Shown: piece by piece, positions 49,246 to 59,400 of the stretch
How the letters are laid out: each line of letters opens with the position of its first letter
Numbering within the stretch: position 1 is the first letter of the stretch
Virus record (IMG/VR): IMGVR_UViG_3300010938_000950
Coordinates: 1-64,000 of that record
Length of the DNA stretch: 64,000 nt
Reading direction: 5' to 3' (one strand)
Notes under the pieces: model-generated
Seen by the model: only the letters and a program-made list of their open reading frames with translations
Databases searched by the model: none
Told to the model about the DNA's origin: nothing
Translations under genes and position numbers: made by a program

Positions 49246-52200
49246 CAACACTCAGAATCGTTAATGTAGTAATAAACAGCAGCACAAGTATAGATGTTTC
49301 ATTTACTGAAACGTTAACTGGTAATTTGTTGCCTGCAAATGCTTCTATTATTTCTCAAACGGAAAATATACCCGATTCTGAAGTATTAGAAGTGTCAATA
49401 ACTGGTAATGTATTTTCTATCACATGTCAGCCGCTAACTCCATATGCTGCTTATTATCTGCAGTTTCAATCAACAGATACACATCCATTTACTTCAATAA
49501 ATGGCGATGTAAAACTTTCTGAAGATGGTGTTTCTAATAGGATTATTATTACTGGCCCTCTGCCAGCAGATAATCCTGTTAATGATTATTTACAATCATT
49601 TTATCAGAATAACATATATAAAGCCAGCGATAGTACAACAATTATAAACAAATATCTACAATCTATTGCTGTGAATTTTTCAAAGGCATTATATGATATT
49701 AGACAGCTTGCCAATGAAAATTACCTCTCTTTTACGGTAGTAGACGAATTTCACACTAAAGGTGAAACTCCCTTTGAAAGATTATATGAAGAAGCGGCCT
49801 ATGAAGTATTTAGAGTAGGATTCGGTGCTACTTCTGCTCCAGTACCTAATACTTTCATTTTTGATAGTTTCCCTTCATACCCTGTTACATTACAAAGACA
49901 ATCTGCTGTAGAAATTATTAAACCATCTTCTAATGATGCTAGTGGCACTTTTGACATCAATAATTTAATTTTTAATCTTAGTAACAAGCCAGTTACCAAA
50001 GTTAATAAGATTACTTTTACTCTGACCACTACTAATCCAGTTTTTGAATATGATATTTCTAAATTAGGATATCAAATATTAGATTCTAGATTTGATCAAG
50101 ACTATGCATCTAGCTATCTTTTGTTAGAAAATAATCAAGTAAAAATAAATGAATCTATATTGGAGGACCCTGATTTTTCGTTGGATCAAATTTTTCATAT
50201 AATGGTCGAATATGAATATAAGGGCCTAGGAATTCAAATTGATCCTGACTCTGTAAGTACATATACTACATTACAGTCGGTTAGAGAGGTTTTGCCTCCT
50301 ATCATAAATATATTTAGTTTGGAACATGCACCAATTACTGATATTAATAATACAATTCCAAAGATTGGTGGTGTTACATTTATCGATCCTAATTCTGGCA
50401 CTGGAATGCCTCATCCGGCATTTCTAACAGAAATACCATTCAGTTTGAGTGCGTTACCATCTTCTCCTGGCGTATACTCTATTGATTATACAACAGGCAC
50501 TGTATACGTATATGGAGAAAATAGCAATAATGATGGCACCGGCCCTTCTCCACCGCTGGCAACTTACTATTACAAATTTACATTCACGCCAGAAATTGAT
50601 TATGTCTATGATAGTGATTTAAGAGAGATAGTTGCATTACCTTTGGGTAACTTAGTAAATCAACCGGGTACAATTTCATTTAACTATGAACAAGTTTTAG
50701 TACCAGGTGTAGATTACGAAGCTAATACTCATAAAGAATCAATAAATGAAAGAGTTGGAAATCAATTAACCGCTCTCAACTCGCTGAGAACTGCTAACTC
50801 GCCTATTACAAATGTTTTCCAGGTTTTTAATGAAACTTCTGGTGAAATCTATCTTATAGATAGATGGAATGAAAATACTGTTTATTTTAGATTTAACAAG
50901 CCGCCTAGAGTTTTACAGCGAACTGGTGAAGTAGCCACATTTGAAACTGTTACCAACGAACTATTAGGAATAAATACCACTAGCACAAACGCTAACAGTC
51001 TACGTATTTTTACTATATTTTTGGCCAATAATACAATTATTAATTCATCACAAGATGGAATTGGCGCTTCTTTTAACACCAGCGTAACATTTACAAATGG
51101 AAATGTTTTTGTTACAGAAATGTGGTATGATCAGGAGTTTAGCTCAACTACAAATATTAACGGTCTCAAAAATATAGGTGAGTATACGATCGACTATAAA
51201 AATGGAATTGTATATGTTGCAGTTTCAAATAATCAAAGTAATGATATTGGTACGGTAACGTACAAGAAAAATAGTATTACACCAAACTTTCCTCACGTAA
51301 TTAGTGTTGATGACCTATACTATCGTATAAGTATTTTAAACCCCAAAAATAAACAATTTTCTTACATTTCATTTGAAGATGGAGCTATAGTTCCAGACGG
51401 CTTAGAAGTTTCTGATGAGGCATTTTTAAATGGTGTTATAGGCGCACCATATCAGATTTTTCAAAATCAAGTTGGCGCTTTTGTAGATTCTACATTTGTG
51501 CCCGGAGTTACTAACGTTGTTAAATTTGTTAGAAGCGTTTATGAGTTTAATGACTTATCTAATAGTTCTAATCCTATTAATTTTGGATTTGTAAGTACTG
51601 CAAATAATTTTAACATCACTGTAGGTACGATAAACAAGCAATCTTTCGAAACTGTACAGTTTGATGGAATGAATTATTTCATTTTACTTAATGAAAATAT
51701 TCCTTATTTATCGCCAGGTATAAATTACACTTTTAATGTAACCAGAACATCAGACTCTCAATCGTTGTGGAACGGATCGGGAACTATTGTTCCTGGTAAT
51801 CCATTAAAACTCATTCTTCCAGGAATTGGTTCCCCACAAATAGGCGATTTAGTTAGCGTTACTTATTCGTTTTCTATTATACCATTGCAAAGAGTAATAG
51901 TAGACTACAATAAAGGTGATTTCTTTGTTGATTATACTTATGTTGCGGATGAAATTTTAGTTAGTTATGAATATGGTGATAATGTAATCGATTTCCGCAA
52001 GAATCTTAATTTACCTACAGGATCTGATTATTATGTATCATATAAAGTAGGTGCCTTACGAGATGCTCTTCTCAAAAATTTTGGAACTCTAGTAAATGTT
52101 CCAACCCTTTCTAATTTTGATCTTAGTTTAAATAGAGAAAGATATCGTGAAGCTTTACAGGCCGCCTTGTCATCGTTTATTCAAGGACCAACTGTTGCTG

Positions 52201-55200
52201 CTATTAAAAACATCGGGCAAATAATTACTCACGTAGAGCCAGAGGTAATTGAGTCTGCTTTTGAAATTTGGTCATTAGGTAGTAGCTTACTATTTCCTAT
52301 TGGCGTAGAAACCACCGGAGATTTCCAATTATTACCAGCTCATTATGGTAATGGTGTATTACTAGACCAACCAGATCAAACCATTACTATGCCGATAAAT
52401 TCTAATCTAAGATTAGAAGAGGGCACATTTGAAACATGGATTCTTCCTCAGTGGAATGGAATCGACAATGATGCCATTTTGAATTTTAATATTACTAGAG
52501 ATGGATACGCTATTGATCCATTCAGAGTATTTATTGGTGGCTCTGAGTATCATCCAACTCTAGATTCCAAAAAACAATTTACTCTGGATAAAAAGTCAAA
52601 TGTTACTGGCCGCCCTAACAAAAATAAAGACGGTATCTTCATATTTTATGACAAAGATATTTCAGGTAGCTTCTATCGTTGGTATGTGGAAGTTATCGAT
52701 GGATATGTGGCTCCTAACAATCATACTTACCAACTCCAAATTTTCTCCACGGGTAAATTCTATGATGTTAAATCTATTAGTCCAATTAAGCCGGCTAATA
52801 TGACTACATTTACAGGTACCAGCAAAGTTAATTTAACTTTGCGTCCAAGAATAGATGGATATGGTATCGATGAAGGAATCACATTCGTATCTGACATTGA
52901 ACATTACATTTTAGATTTTGGCAAAACCAAAGATTCTAGTAGGCTATCTATTTTCAAAGATGTGAGCGGTTACATAAACTTCCGAGTTTATGATAGAGAT
53001 CATAAGATGTGGAATATTAGCGCCGATGTCTCTTCCTGGAGAGTTAATGTTCCTCACATGATTGCTGCATCATGGAAACTGAACACAAGAAATAATCGTG
53101 ATGAAATGCACTTATTTATTGATGGTTTGGAAGTTCCAAATATCATTAAATATGGACAAAAACTACAACCATATCTACACGAAAAATTCAGAACTGTTAA
53201 CCCAGAAGAAATAGTGGGCCTTGCAACTCGTGATATTGTAGGCTCTAACGATTTATCTACTACTGCTGGTTCATCGTTGGTTACATCCAGTATTAATTTT
53301 AGTCAGTTTAATATTTTTGTGGGAGATACCATTTTAATTAAAGAGGAAGGATTCGACCCGCTAGGCTACACAATTATTGGTATTAATGGTCAAGAGCTAA
53401 CTTTGAATACTATATTGCCAATTACAATGAGTGGCGGTGAATTTTCCATTAATCAAACTGATTATTTTGTTTCGTCGGACATCAATATCGTGCCAAATAT
53501 TGCGGTAACAACTATCCACACTTTCGTTGAAGGTATGGATCTTATTACTACTGCAGGCTCTGCAACAGTTACCTCCCCAGGCACTAATTTTACTACACTT
53601 AATGTTAAACCAGGATTTTTGCTTAGAATAGATAATTCTTCATTTGCACTTACTTATAGTATTCTACAAGTAAGTGGAAACTCTCTTACTATTACGGATT
53701 CGGCCCCGATCAGTTTGTCAGGAGCTACTTTCCAAGTATATTCTAATACAGAAAATGAAATACCTGGAGTTAGAGCACTCAAGCCATCTTACAGCATTAG
53801 TCAAGACAATAATTTTAATAATATTTTAACTATTTCAAATGATGTTTTTGCTAACGATCTAATCCTTATAAGAACATTAGGCTTAAATTACAGAGATGTA
53901 AAAAAGCAATACTATGTTTGGAGTTCGCAATTAGAAAATGTTTTGCAGACTCAATTGCCGCCGCCAATTAATCTAGATGAAGCCGCAATCACCAGAATAA
54001 TAACTCCAACGACAGCTATTGGCCCATCAAATTCTACTTTAATGAGTGGGGTATTCGTATCAAACTATCTTCCAACTGCTGCACCATCAAATGCTCAAAT
54101 TGGTAGAACTATTCAAGCTACAATTAGTGGTACCAATGTAGATTTTTCTACGCCAGTTCAAGTAACTATTAATGGTGTTTCTGGAATAAATACTATTAGT
54201 GAAACGATTACATTTACAGATTATGGCACGTTAGATTTTACAAATACATTTGTCTCACTGAATTATATGTGGGTAAATGTTAAGCCACTAAATTCTAGCA
54301 AAAATGCATTAGCTGTCGAATTAAGAGAAAAATATCCAATTACTCACAGTGAGTCTAGTGGATTTGTTCCTGTTGTTAAATACAGCTATCACATTAATGG
54401 TGGATATAATCTTTCTGGCGATGGAACAAACAATATTGTAACAGATCTAAATAATACATTTAGTGCATTAGATATTGGTAATACTCTGATCATACACACT
54501 CCTCCTACTGTTGCTGGCTTCTACAAGGTTATTGGTTTATCATCTGATAGACATTCTTTGATTATAGAATCTACCGCAGCATCATTTCCGGTACCACTTC
54601 CAGCTTTTACTGGTGCAAAATATCAAGTACTTAATACCACTCAATATCGTAGTGGATTACAAAATGGATTTTTTACATTAGAAGCTAGTGTACTACCAAG
54701 CCAGCAGTATTTCTTAGATCAAGGATTTTATGAGTTAGAATATTCTACATATGCTAGAATTAAGTTTGATTCATTAAATGGTAAAATGTATTTTGGTAGT
54801 GATTTCCAGGGCAATAACCAAGCTAATGCTATTATGGATCACGCTACTATTTATTCTATTATGTTAACAGACACTAGAGTAGGAGAAGTAGTTTCTCTTA
54901 ATAAGCGTTCCGTAACTAAAGATTACAATACACTAAAGCCATTTAAACCAGATTCAAATACTCTGGTCTTGATAGATTTTGATAGTTTTCCATTCGACAA
55001 TATTGCTAAATTCTATGCTAGCACTAATAATGATCATAAACATTTCCAGTCCGATTTTACTGTTAATGATAATTTCAGTGAAAGTATAGTAATTCTAGAT
55101 GAGCCAATTGTATTATCTAACGATGGAATTTTGGATGCTAGAAATCAGGGAACCATTGAATTCTGGATGAGCCCTCTTTTTGATACAGCTAATGATCCAA

Positions 55201-56393
55201 ATCTAAGATACTATTTTGATGCATATGGTGCTGTCAAAGAAACGGTCACCAGCGTTAATAATGTGTCAGTTAAAATCTCATCACCAGCATCTAAGATACT
55301 CAGTGTAACTTTAGAGGCTGGAGATCCTAAGATCGACTATTTTGCTGGTGGTAAATTAGAGATTGATACTCAGCAAGCAATACAAGAAGATACTGTAGTT
55401 GCCGGCACATCTGTTCTTATTGTTTCCCAACCTATACTACAAGTTATTTCTGTGAAAGTAATTGGAGACTTTACAGAAAAGGATTATTTTGCAGGTGGGT
55501 CGGTGGGCGCAGACCGAAAGACTGTTTTTCTAGGAACGGCATTACCACAACCAAATATGCAAGTTCTTGTTACGTATCAAACTACGAATAATAACAATGT
55601 TACTATCAATACTCAAGTTATTCGATTAAATAGAAAACTGCCCGCCCAAAATTCTAAGGTTGTTGTAACATATTTGCCAACGGGACTCCAAGGTGACCGC
55701 ATCTCAATTTATAAGGATCTATACGGCTATATAAATTTCCAAATCAGAGCATCTGGGTTTGATTACGTAGTACGTGGCCCAACTCGCTGGGCCAAGAATA
55801 CTTGGCACCGTGTCAAGGCTAGCTATAAAATTAATGGAAGTGTTGGCAGTGATGAAATGCGTCTATTCTTGGATGGATATCAATATACGGATGTTTTATA
55901 CGGCCAAGAATTACAATTTGGTAAATTCCCAATGGTTTATGGTTCAGTTACCGTAGGAGATGGTTATGGTTTAATTGGAAGCATTCCATTTAAAGATCCA
56001 ATTAACATTTTAAATATTGGGGCAGATTATCAAAAAAATAATCCAATCTTTACTTTGCTGGATAATTTTAGGGTTAGCAATATGTCTAGGCCAATTTATG
56101 CTCCATATGGTGAACCACTAGATGCTAACTTTAGTAATAATTTAAGTACTGTTTTCCCGGTTACCAAAGACCTATATACTACTTTGTTGTTAGATTTTGA
56201 CAGGTTAAATGCCCTAAATACCAATTTTGCTACATTGATTAATAGAGCAACCGGCGCATTTGATTTTACTGTAAATATCTTCGATTCTTTTGGTATAGTA
56301 AGTAGTAGCGCTAAAGTTAAAGAAGTACTTGAAAACCTTATTAATATCCTGAAGCCAGCTAACTCCAGGGTGTTTATCAAGTATATTACCTGA
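49242..56393 (+). CDS. Giant baseplate wedge protein (gpI/gp7-like) with LamG-like domains
   Basis: ATGA overlap with J; RERYREAL...QGPTVAAIK and ENLINILKPANSRVFIKY wedge-like motifs; GTFETWI, GTIEFWM, WHRVKASY..MRLFLDG LamG-like motifs. Confidence 0.7.
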   Translation: MTTLRIVNVVINSSTSIDVSFTETLTGNLLPANASIISQTENIPDSEVLEVSITGNVFSITCQPLTPYAAYYLQFQSTDTHPFTSINGDVKLSEDGVSNRIIITGPLPADNPVNDYLQSFYQNNIYKASDSTTIINKYLQSIAVNFSKALYDIRQLANENYLSFTVVDEFHTKGETPFERLYEEAAYEVFRVGFGATSAPVPNTFIFDSFPSYPVTLQRQSAVEIIKPSSNDASGTFDINNLIFNLSNKPVTKVNKITFTLTTTNPVFEYDISKLGYQILDSRFDQDYASSYLLLENNQVKINESILEDPDFSLDQIFHIMVEYEYKGLGIQIDPDSVSTYTTLQSVREVLPPIINIFSLEHAPITDINNTIPKIGGVTFIDPNSGTGMPHPAFLTEIPFSLSALPSSPGVYSIDYTTGTVYVYGENSNNDGTGPSPPLATYYYKFTFTPEIDYVYDSDLREIVALPLGNLVNQPGTISFNYEQVLVPGVDYEANTHKESINERVGNQLTALNSLRTANSPITNVFQVFNETSGEIYLIDRWNENTVYFRFNKPPRVLQRTGEVATFETVTNELLGINTTSTNANSLRIFTIFLANNTIINSSQDGIGASFNTSVTFTNGNVFVTEMWYDQEFSSTTNINGLKNIGEYTIDYKNGIVYVAVSNNQSNDIGTVTYKKNSITPNFPHVISVDDLYYRISILNPKNKQFSYISFEDGAIVPDGLEVSDEAFLNGVIGAPYQIFQNQVGAFVDSTFVPGVTNVVKFVRSVYEFNDLSNSSNPINFGFVSTANNFNITVGTINKQSFETVQFDGMNYFILLNENIPYLSPGINYTFNVTRTSDSQSLWNGSGTIVPGNPLKLILPGIGSPQIGDLVSVTYSFSIIPLQRVIVDYNKGDFFVDYTYVADEILVSYEYGDNVIDFRKNLNLPTGSDYYVSYKVGALRDALLKNFGTLVNVPTLSNFDLSLNRERYREALQAALSSFIQGPTVAAIKNIGQIITHVEPEVIESAFEIWSLGSSLLFPIGVETTGDFQLLPAHYGNGVLLDQPDQTITMPINSNLRLEEGTFETWILPQWNGIDNDAILNFNITRDGYAIDPFRVFIGGSEYHPTLDSKKQFTLDKKSNVTGRPNKNKDGIFIFYDKDISGSFYRWYVEVIDGYVAPNNHTYQLQIFSTGKFYDVKSISPIKPANMTTFTGTSKVNLTLRPRIDGYGIDEGITFVSDIEHYILDFGKTKDSSRLSIFKDVSGYINFRVYDRDHKMWNISADVSSWRVNVPHMIAASWKLNTRNNRDEMHLFIDGLEVPNIIKYGQKLQPYLHEKFRTVNPEEIVGLATRDIVGSNDLSTTAGSSLVTSSINFSQFNIFVGDTILIKEEGFDPLGYTIIGINGQELTLNTILPITMSGGEFSINQTDYFVSSDINIVPNIAVTTIHTFVEGMDLITTAGSATVTSPGTNFTTLNVKPGFLLRIDNSSFALTYSILQVSGNSLTITDSAPISLSGATFQVYSNTENEIPGVRALKPSYSISQDNNFNNILTISNDVFANDLILIRTLGLNYRDVKKQYYVWSSQLENVLQTQLPPPINLDEAAITRIITPTTAIGPSNSTLMSGVFVSNYLPTAAPSNAQIGRTIQATISGTNVDFSTPVQVTINGVSGINTISETITFTDYGTLDFTNTFVSLNYMWVNVKPLNSSKNALAVELREKYPITHSESSGFVPVVKYSYHINGGYNLSGDGTNNIVTDLNNTFSALDIGNTLIIHTPPTVAGFYKVIGLSSDRHSLIIESTAASFPVPLPAFTGAKYQVLNTTQYRSGLQNGFFTLEASVLPSQQYFLDQGFYELEYSTYARIKFDSLNGKMYFGSDFQGNNQANAIMDHATIYSIMLTDTRVGEVVSLNKRSVTKDYNTLKPFKPDSNTLVLIDFDSFPFDNIAKFYASTNNDHKHFQSDFTVNDNFSESIVILDEPIVLSNDGILDARNQGTIEFWMSPLFDTANDPNLRYYFDAYGAVKETVTSVNNVSVKISSPASKILSVTLEAGDPKIDYFAGGKLEIDTQQAIQEDTVVAGTSVLIVSQPILQVISVKVIGDFTEKDYFAGGSVGADRKTVFLGTALPQPNMQVLVTYQTTNNNNVTINTQVIRLNRKLPAQNSKVVVTYLPTGLQGDRISIYKDLYGYINFQIRASGFDYVVRGPTRWAKNTWHRVKASYKINGSVGSDEMRLFLDGYQYTDVLYGQELQFGKFPMVYGSVTVGDGYGLIGSIPFKDPINILNIGADYQKNNPIFTLLDNFRVSNMSRPIYAPYGEPLDANFSNNLSTVFPVTKDLYTTLLLDFDRLNALNTNFATLINRATGAFDFTVNIFDSFGIVSSSAKVKEVLENLINILKPANSRVFIKYIT

Positions 56394-56401
56394 GAGACAT
56401 A

Positions 56402-59400
56402 ATGACAAAGCGAGCCCCCGTATCTATACAAAGACCAATTTGGTATGATGCCCAACAGGTAGATGAAACTGATCTGTCCTCTGAGCAAACAGCTAATGAT
56501 ACCATAGATGCTGCTATTATTAATAATCATGTTGGCGATGGAGTTCTTCCAGAAAATTTGGTAGCCAGAGTATTGTTTGATTCAAGTCAAGCGATAGGGT
56601 TTTTGGATGGTCTTCCAATACAAACACAAAATCAACCATCTGATAATAATTTTGGTAATCAGCTTTCTATATCTCTTACGGGCTCTAAAGCTTCAGGCCA
56701 TCGTACGATCAAAATTGGTATCATTGGTCTAGATTTTCAATCTAATCTACAGTTTGAAACTTTTTATTTTAAAAAGAATGAAACCCAAACAAGTCGCAAG
56801 CACTTTACTCAAATTTTAGTTTTACTATTTAATGATTTTATTGGCGATCCACAACTATCTTTCAATCTAGGCGGAAGAATTATCATTTCTGAAGCTTTAC
56901 CAATGACTGTGTCTAGAGACGTTGTAATGATTGCTCAAGACCAACAACCAAATTTATTCTTTAGAGATTTCTTTCTCGATCCATCTGTAAATACTGTTTC
57001 CGTAGAAGGTATGTTGCAAAACGCATTACCTCTCTATAATATAGATAGTTTAAATATCTTATCTTCCCCAGTTGATTTACTTCCAATTTTGAGTGGAGAT
57101 GTTACTACTCAAATTGGCCAAAAGTTTCAAGCAACAACTAACAGTGTTCAAAAGATTACATTGCTTTTGGCTGTTAGAAATCAAGTTGCGGGACAGCAAA
57201 ATAATTTAGTTTGGAATGGAGATATTGTTGTTAGCATTTATCCATTACAAACTAGTATAGATTGTCCAACAGATTTCTTACCAAATCTTCCGATAGATTT
57301 TTCACCATCTAATATTCCAATAGCACAAATTAGCTATAACTACAATAGTCTTCAGGATGCCGGTATAGTTTTGGATTCAGTTCCGCAACCAGTTGATTTT
57401 GTATTTAGCAATAGCCCAATTGCTGGCGGCAATGTCATGGTGCCCGGCCAATATTATGCATTAGCCATTAAACGTTCTGGCTCTGCTAACCAATGTGATA
57501 TTTTAGTTGCTACTGGTCAAAATCTAATAGATAATTCCAGAATTACCACTTTTACTGGAACACTATGGGTGGACATCCCAGATCAAGATTTATGGTTTGT
57601 AGTATGGACAGATGCTGCAAAAATATCTGACGGCCAAGCTTATGATCAGGGTCACGGTGTTACTATTCCTAAAACTACGCTGGATCCGACCACTCAATCC
57701 ACCATTGATAATGTATTTGGCGCAAAACAATTTGTAGGTAATGATGTATTTCGTGCGGTTCTCCAGGCCGTAACTGATGTTTCCGATCCTGTTCCAGATC
57801 AAAGAACTGGTAATCCAGTAGATTCTCGTCAGCAGTATGTTCCTCAAGTTACATTGATGAATACTATTGATATTGTTAATCTGGAAAAAACTTCCGAACC
57901 ACTAATTTTAGGAGCTATTTCCGATAAGAATATCAAATTCTTTGATACCAGCCAGCAAATTATTAACTCTACATTGTACAGTGCAACAATGGTTAGAGAT
58001 GAGATTGTTATTAGAGTAGTAGATGATCCAACTGATACTGTCAGATTTGATTTGGCTGTTAGTGGTTTAGCAACTAGTTTATTAAATGGCGATCTAGTGG
58101 GGGCCATAGTAAGACCCGATTCGGCGGCTCCATTTACAGCATATCGTATCGCTGATGCTAAATTATGTTCTATGATTCTCGGAGATGTCGATGGTAATGG
58201 AATCATAGACGAGAATGATTTAGCACTATTAAATACTTTTGTCGGCTATAATATGAATGTTGGCTTGCCACTTCATACTAATATTGTTACCGATGGTTAT
58301 TCTACTGTTGTACAAAATGGTTATCAAACTTTGACGCAACCATTTGCTAATTTGTTTGGTATTAGTTTTCAATTATTAAATCCAAATGATGGTTACGTGG
58401 TTGCTTCAGCTTCTGATGGTGTTTTAGTTGCCAATCCAAATGATCCGTCTTTGGCTCAATTTACTAGTGCAACCATACAATTTAATACTATCGTAGGTTT
58501 GAGTTCTTACAAACTAGTTATTTTAGATAGTGGTTCTATGGAAGCAGATTGGGGCGCTTGGAACATTGTTGCATTAGATTCTAGTTTGGATGTTCTTACA
58601 ATACAAAAGATTTATTTAACTGGTGATGTATTTGCTCAAATGATGCGAGCAGATATTAATGGCGATTTTGCTATCACTACAGCGGATGGTTATCTGTTAA
58701 ATAGCTATATCGATAGACTACCAAGTACTGCAATTCCTCCTGCTACATACCCAGCACCAAGCACCAATCCATATACTAAGATTGGTACACGATTTAATGT
58801 TATTAGATTAAGAGTAGAGAAGTTAGTAGATAGAACAGATGATTACACTGCCAATCCTGCTGACAGGGCTGATACAGTACATCCTCCACAAGATATCTTT
58901 ATAGGTGATGGTTATTTTGCTAGCCATGATTTTTATGCATCACCAATTCAAATATCTTTCACTAAACAGCTAATATGGGATCCATCTTTAGTTGTAACTA
59001 CTGCACATCCAAAATTAGTGCCTAGTGTATTTACTTCGGAAAATGGCGTAGTTCATAATGTATGTGAAATTGAAGGTATACAGTGTAATGTTTATCCGGT
59101 TCCGCAAACATTTGACCCTGGTAAAGTAGATTTCTTCGTTCCAAATAACCTTATCATTGGAGATGGAGAATTACAGAGGCCAGATGGATATTATTATAAA
59201 GTAGACTTTGAAGTTGGAACTATAGTTCTAGAAATCCCAGATGGTTTGTTTGGATCAGAAAGAACTATTGATATTATGAATGACTTTATTGCAGATTATA
59301 CTGGCAATGGAGCTACACGTCTCGGATTCCCGTCCATGAGATTCGCTGATTGTTCATATGTTCAAAGAGATGCTTTAGCAAAAGATCAAATAAGATTCTC

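Noticed and set aside
33436-56393. Inteins or introns explaining the giant hub, J and wedge proteins
   Set aside because: No C/S...HN splice junction or LAGLIDADG motif recognised; the extra length is repeated beta modules
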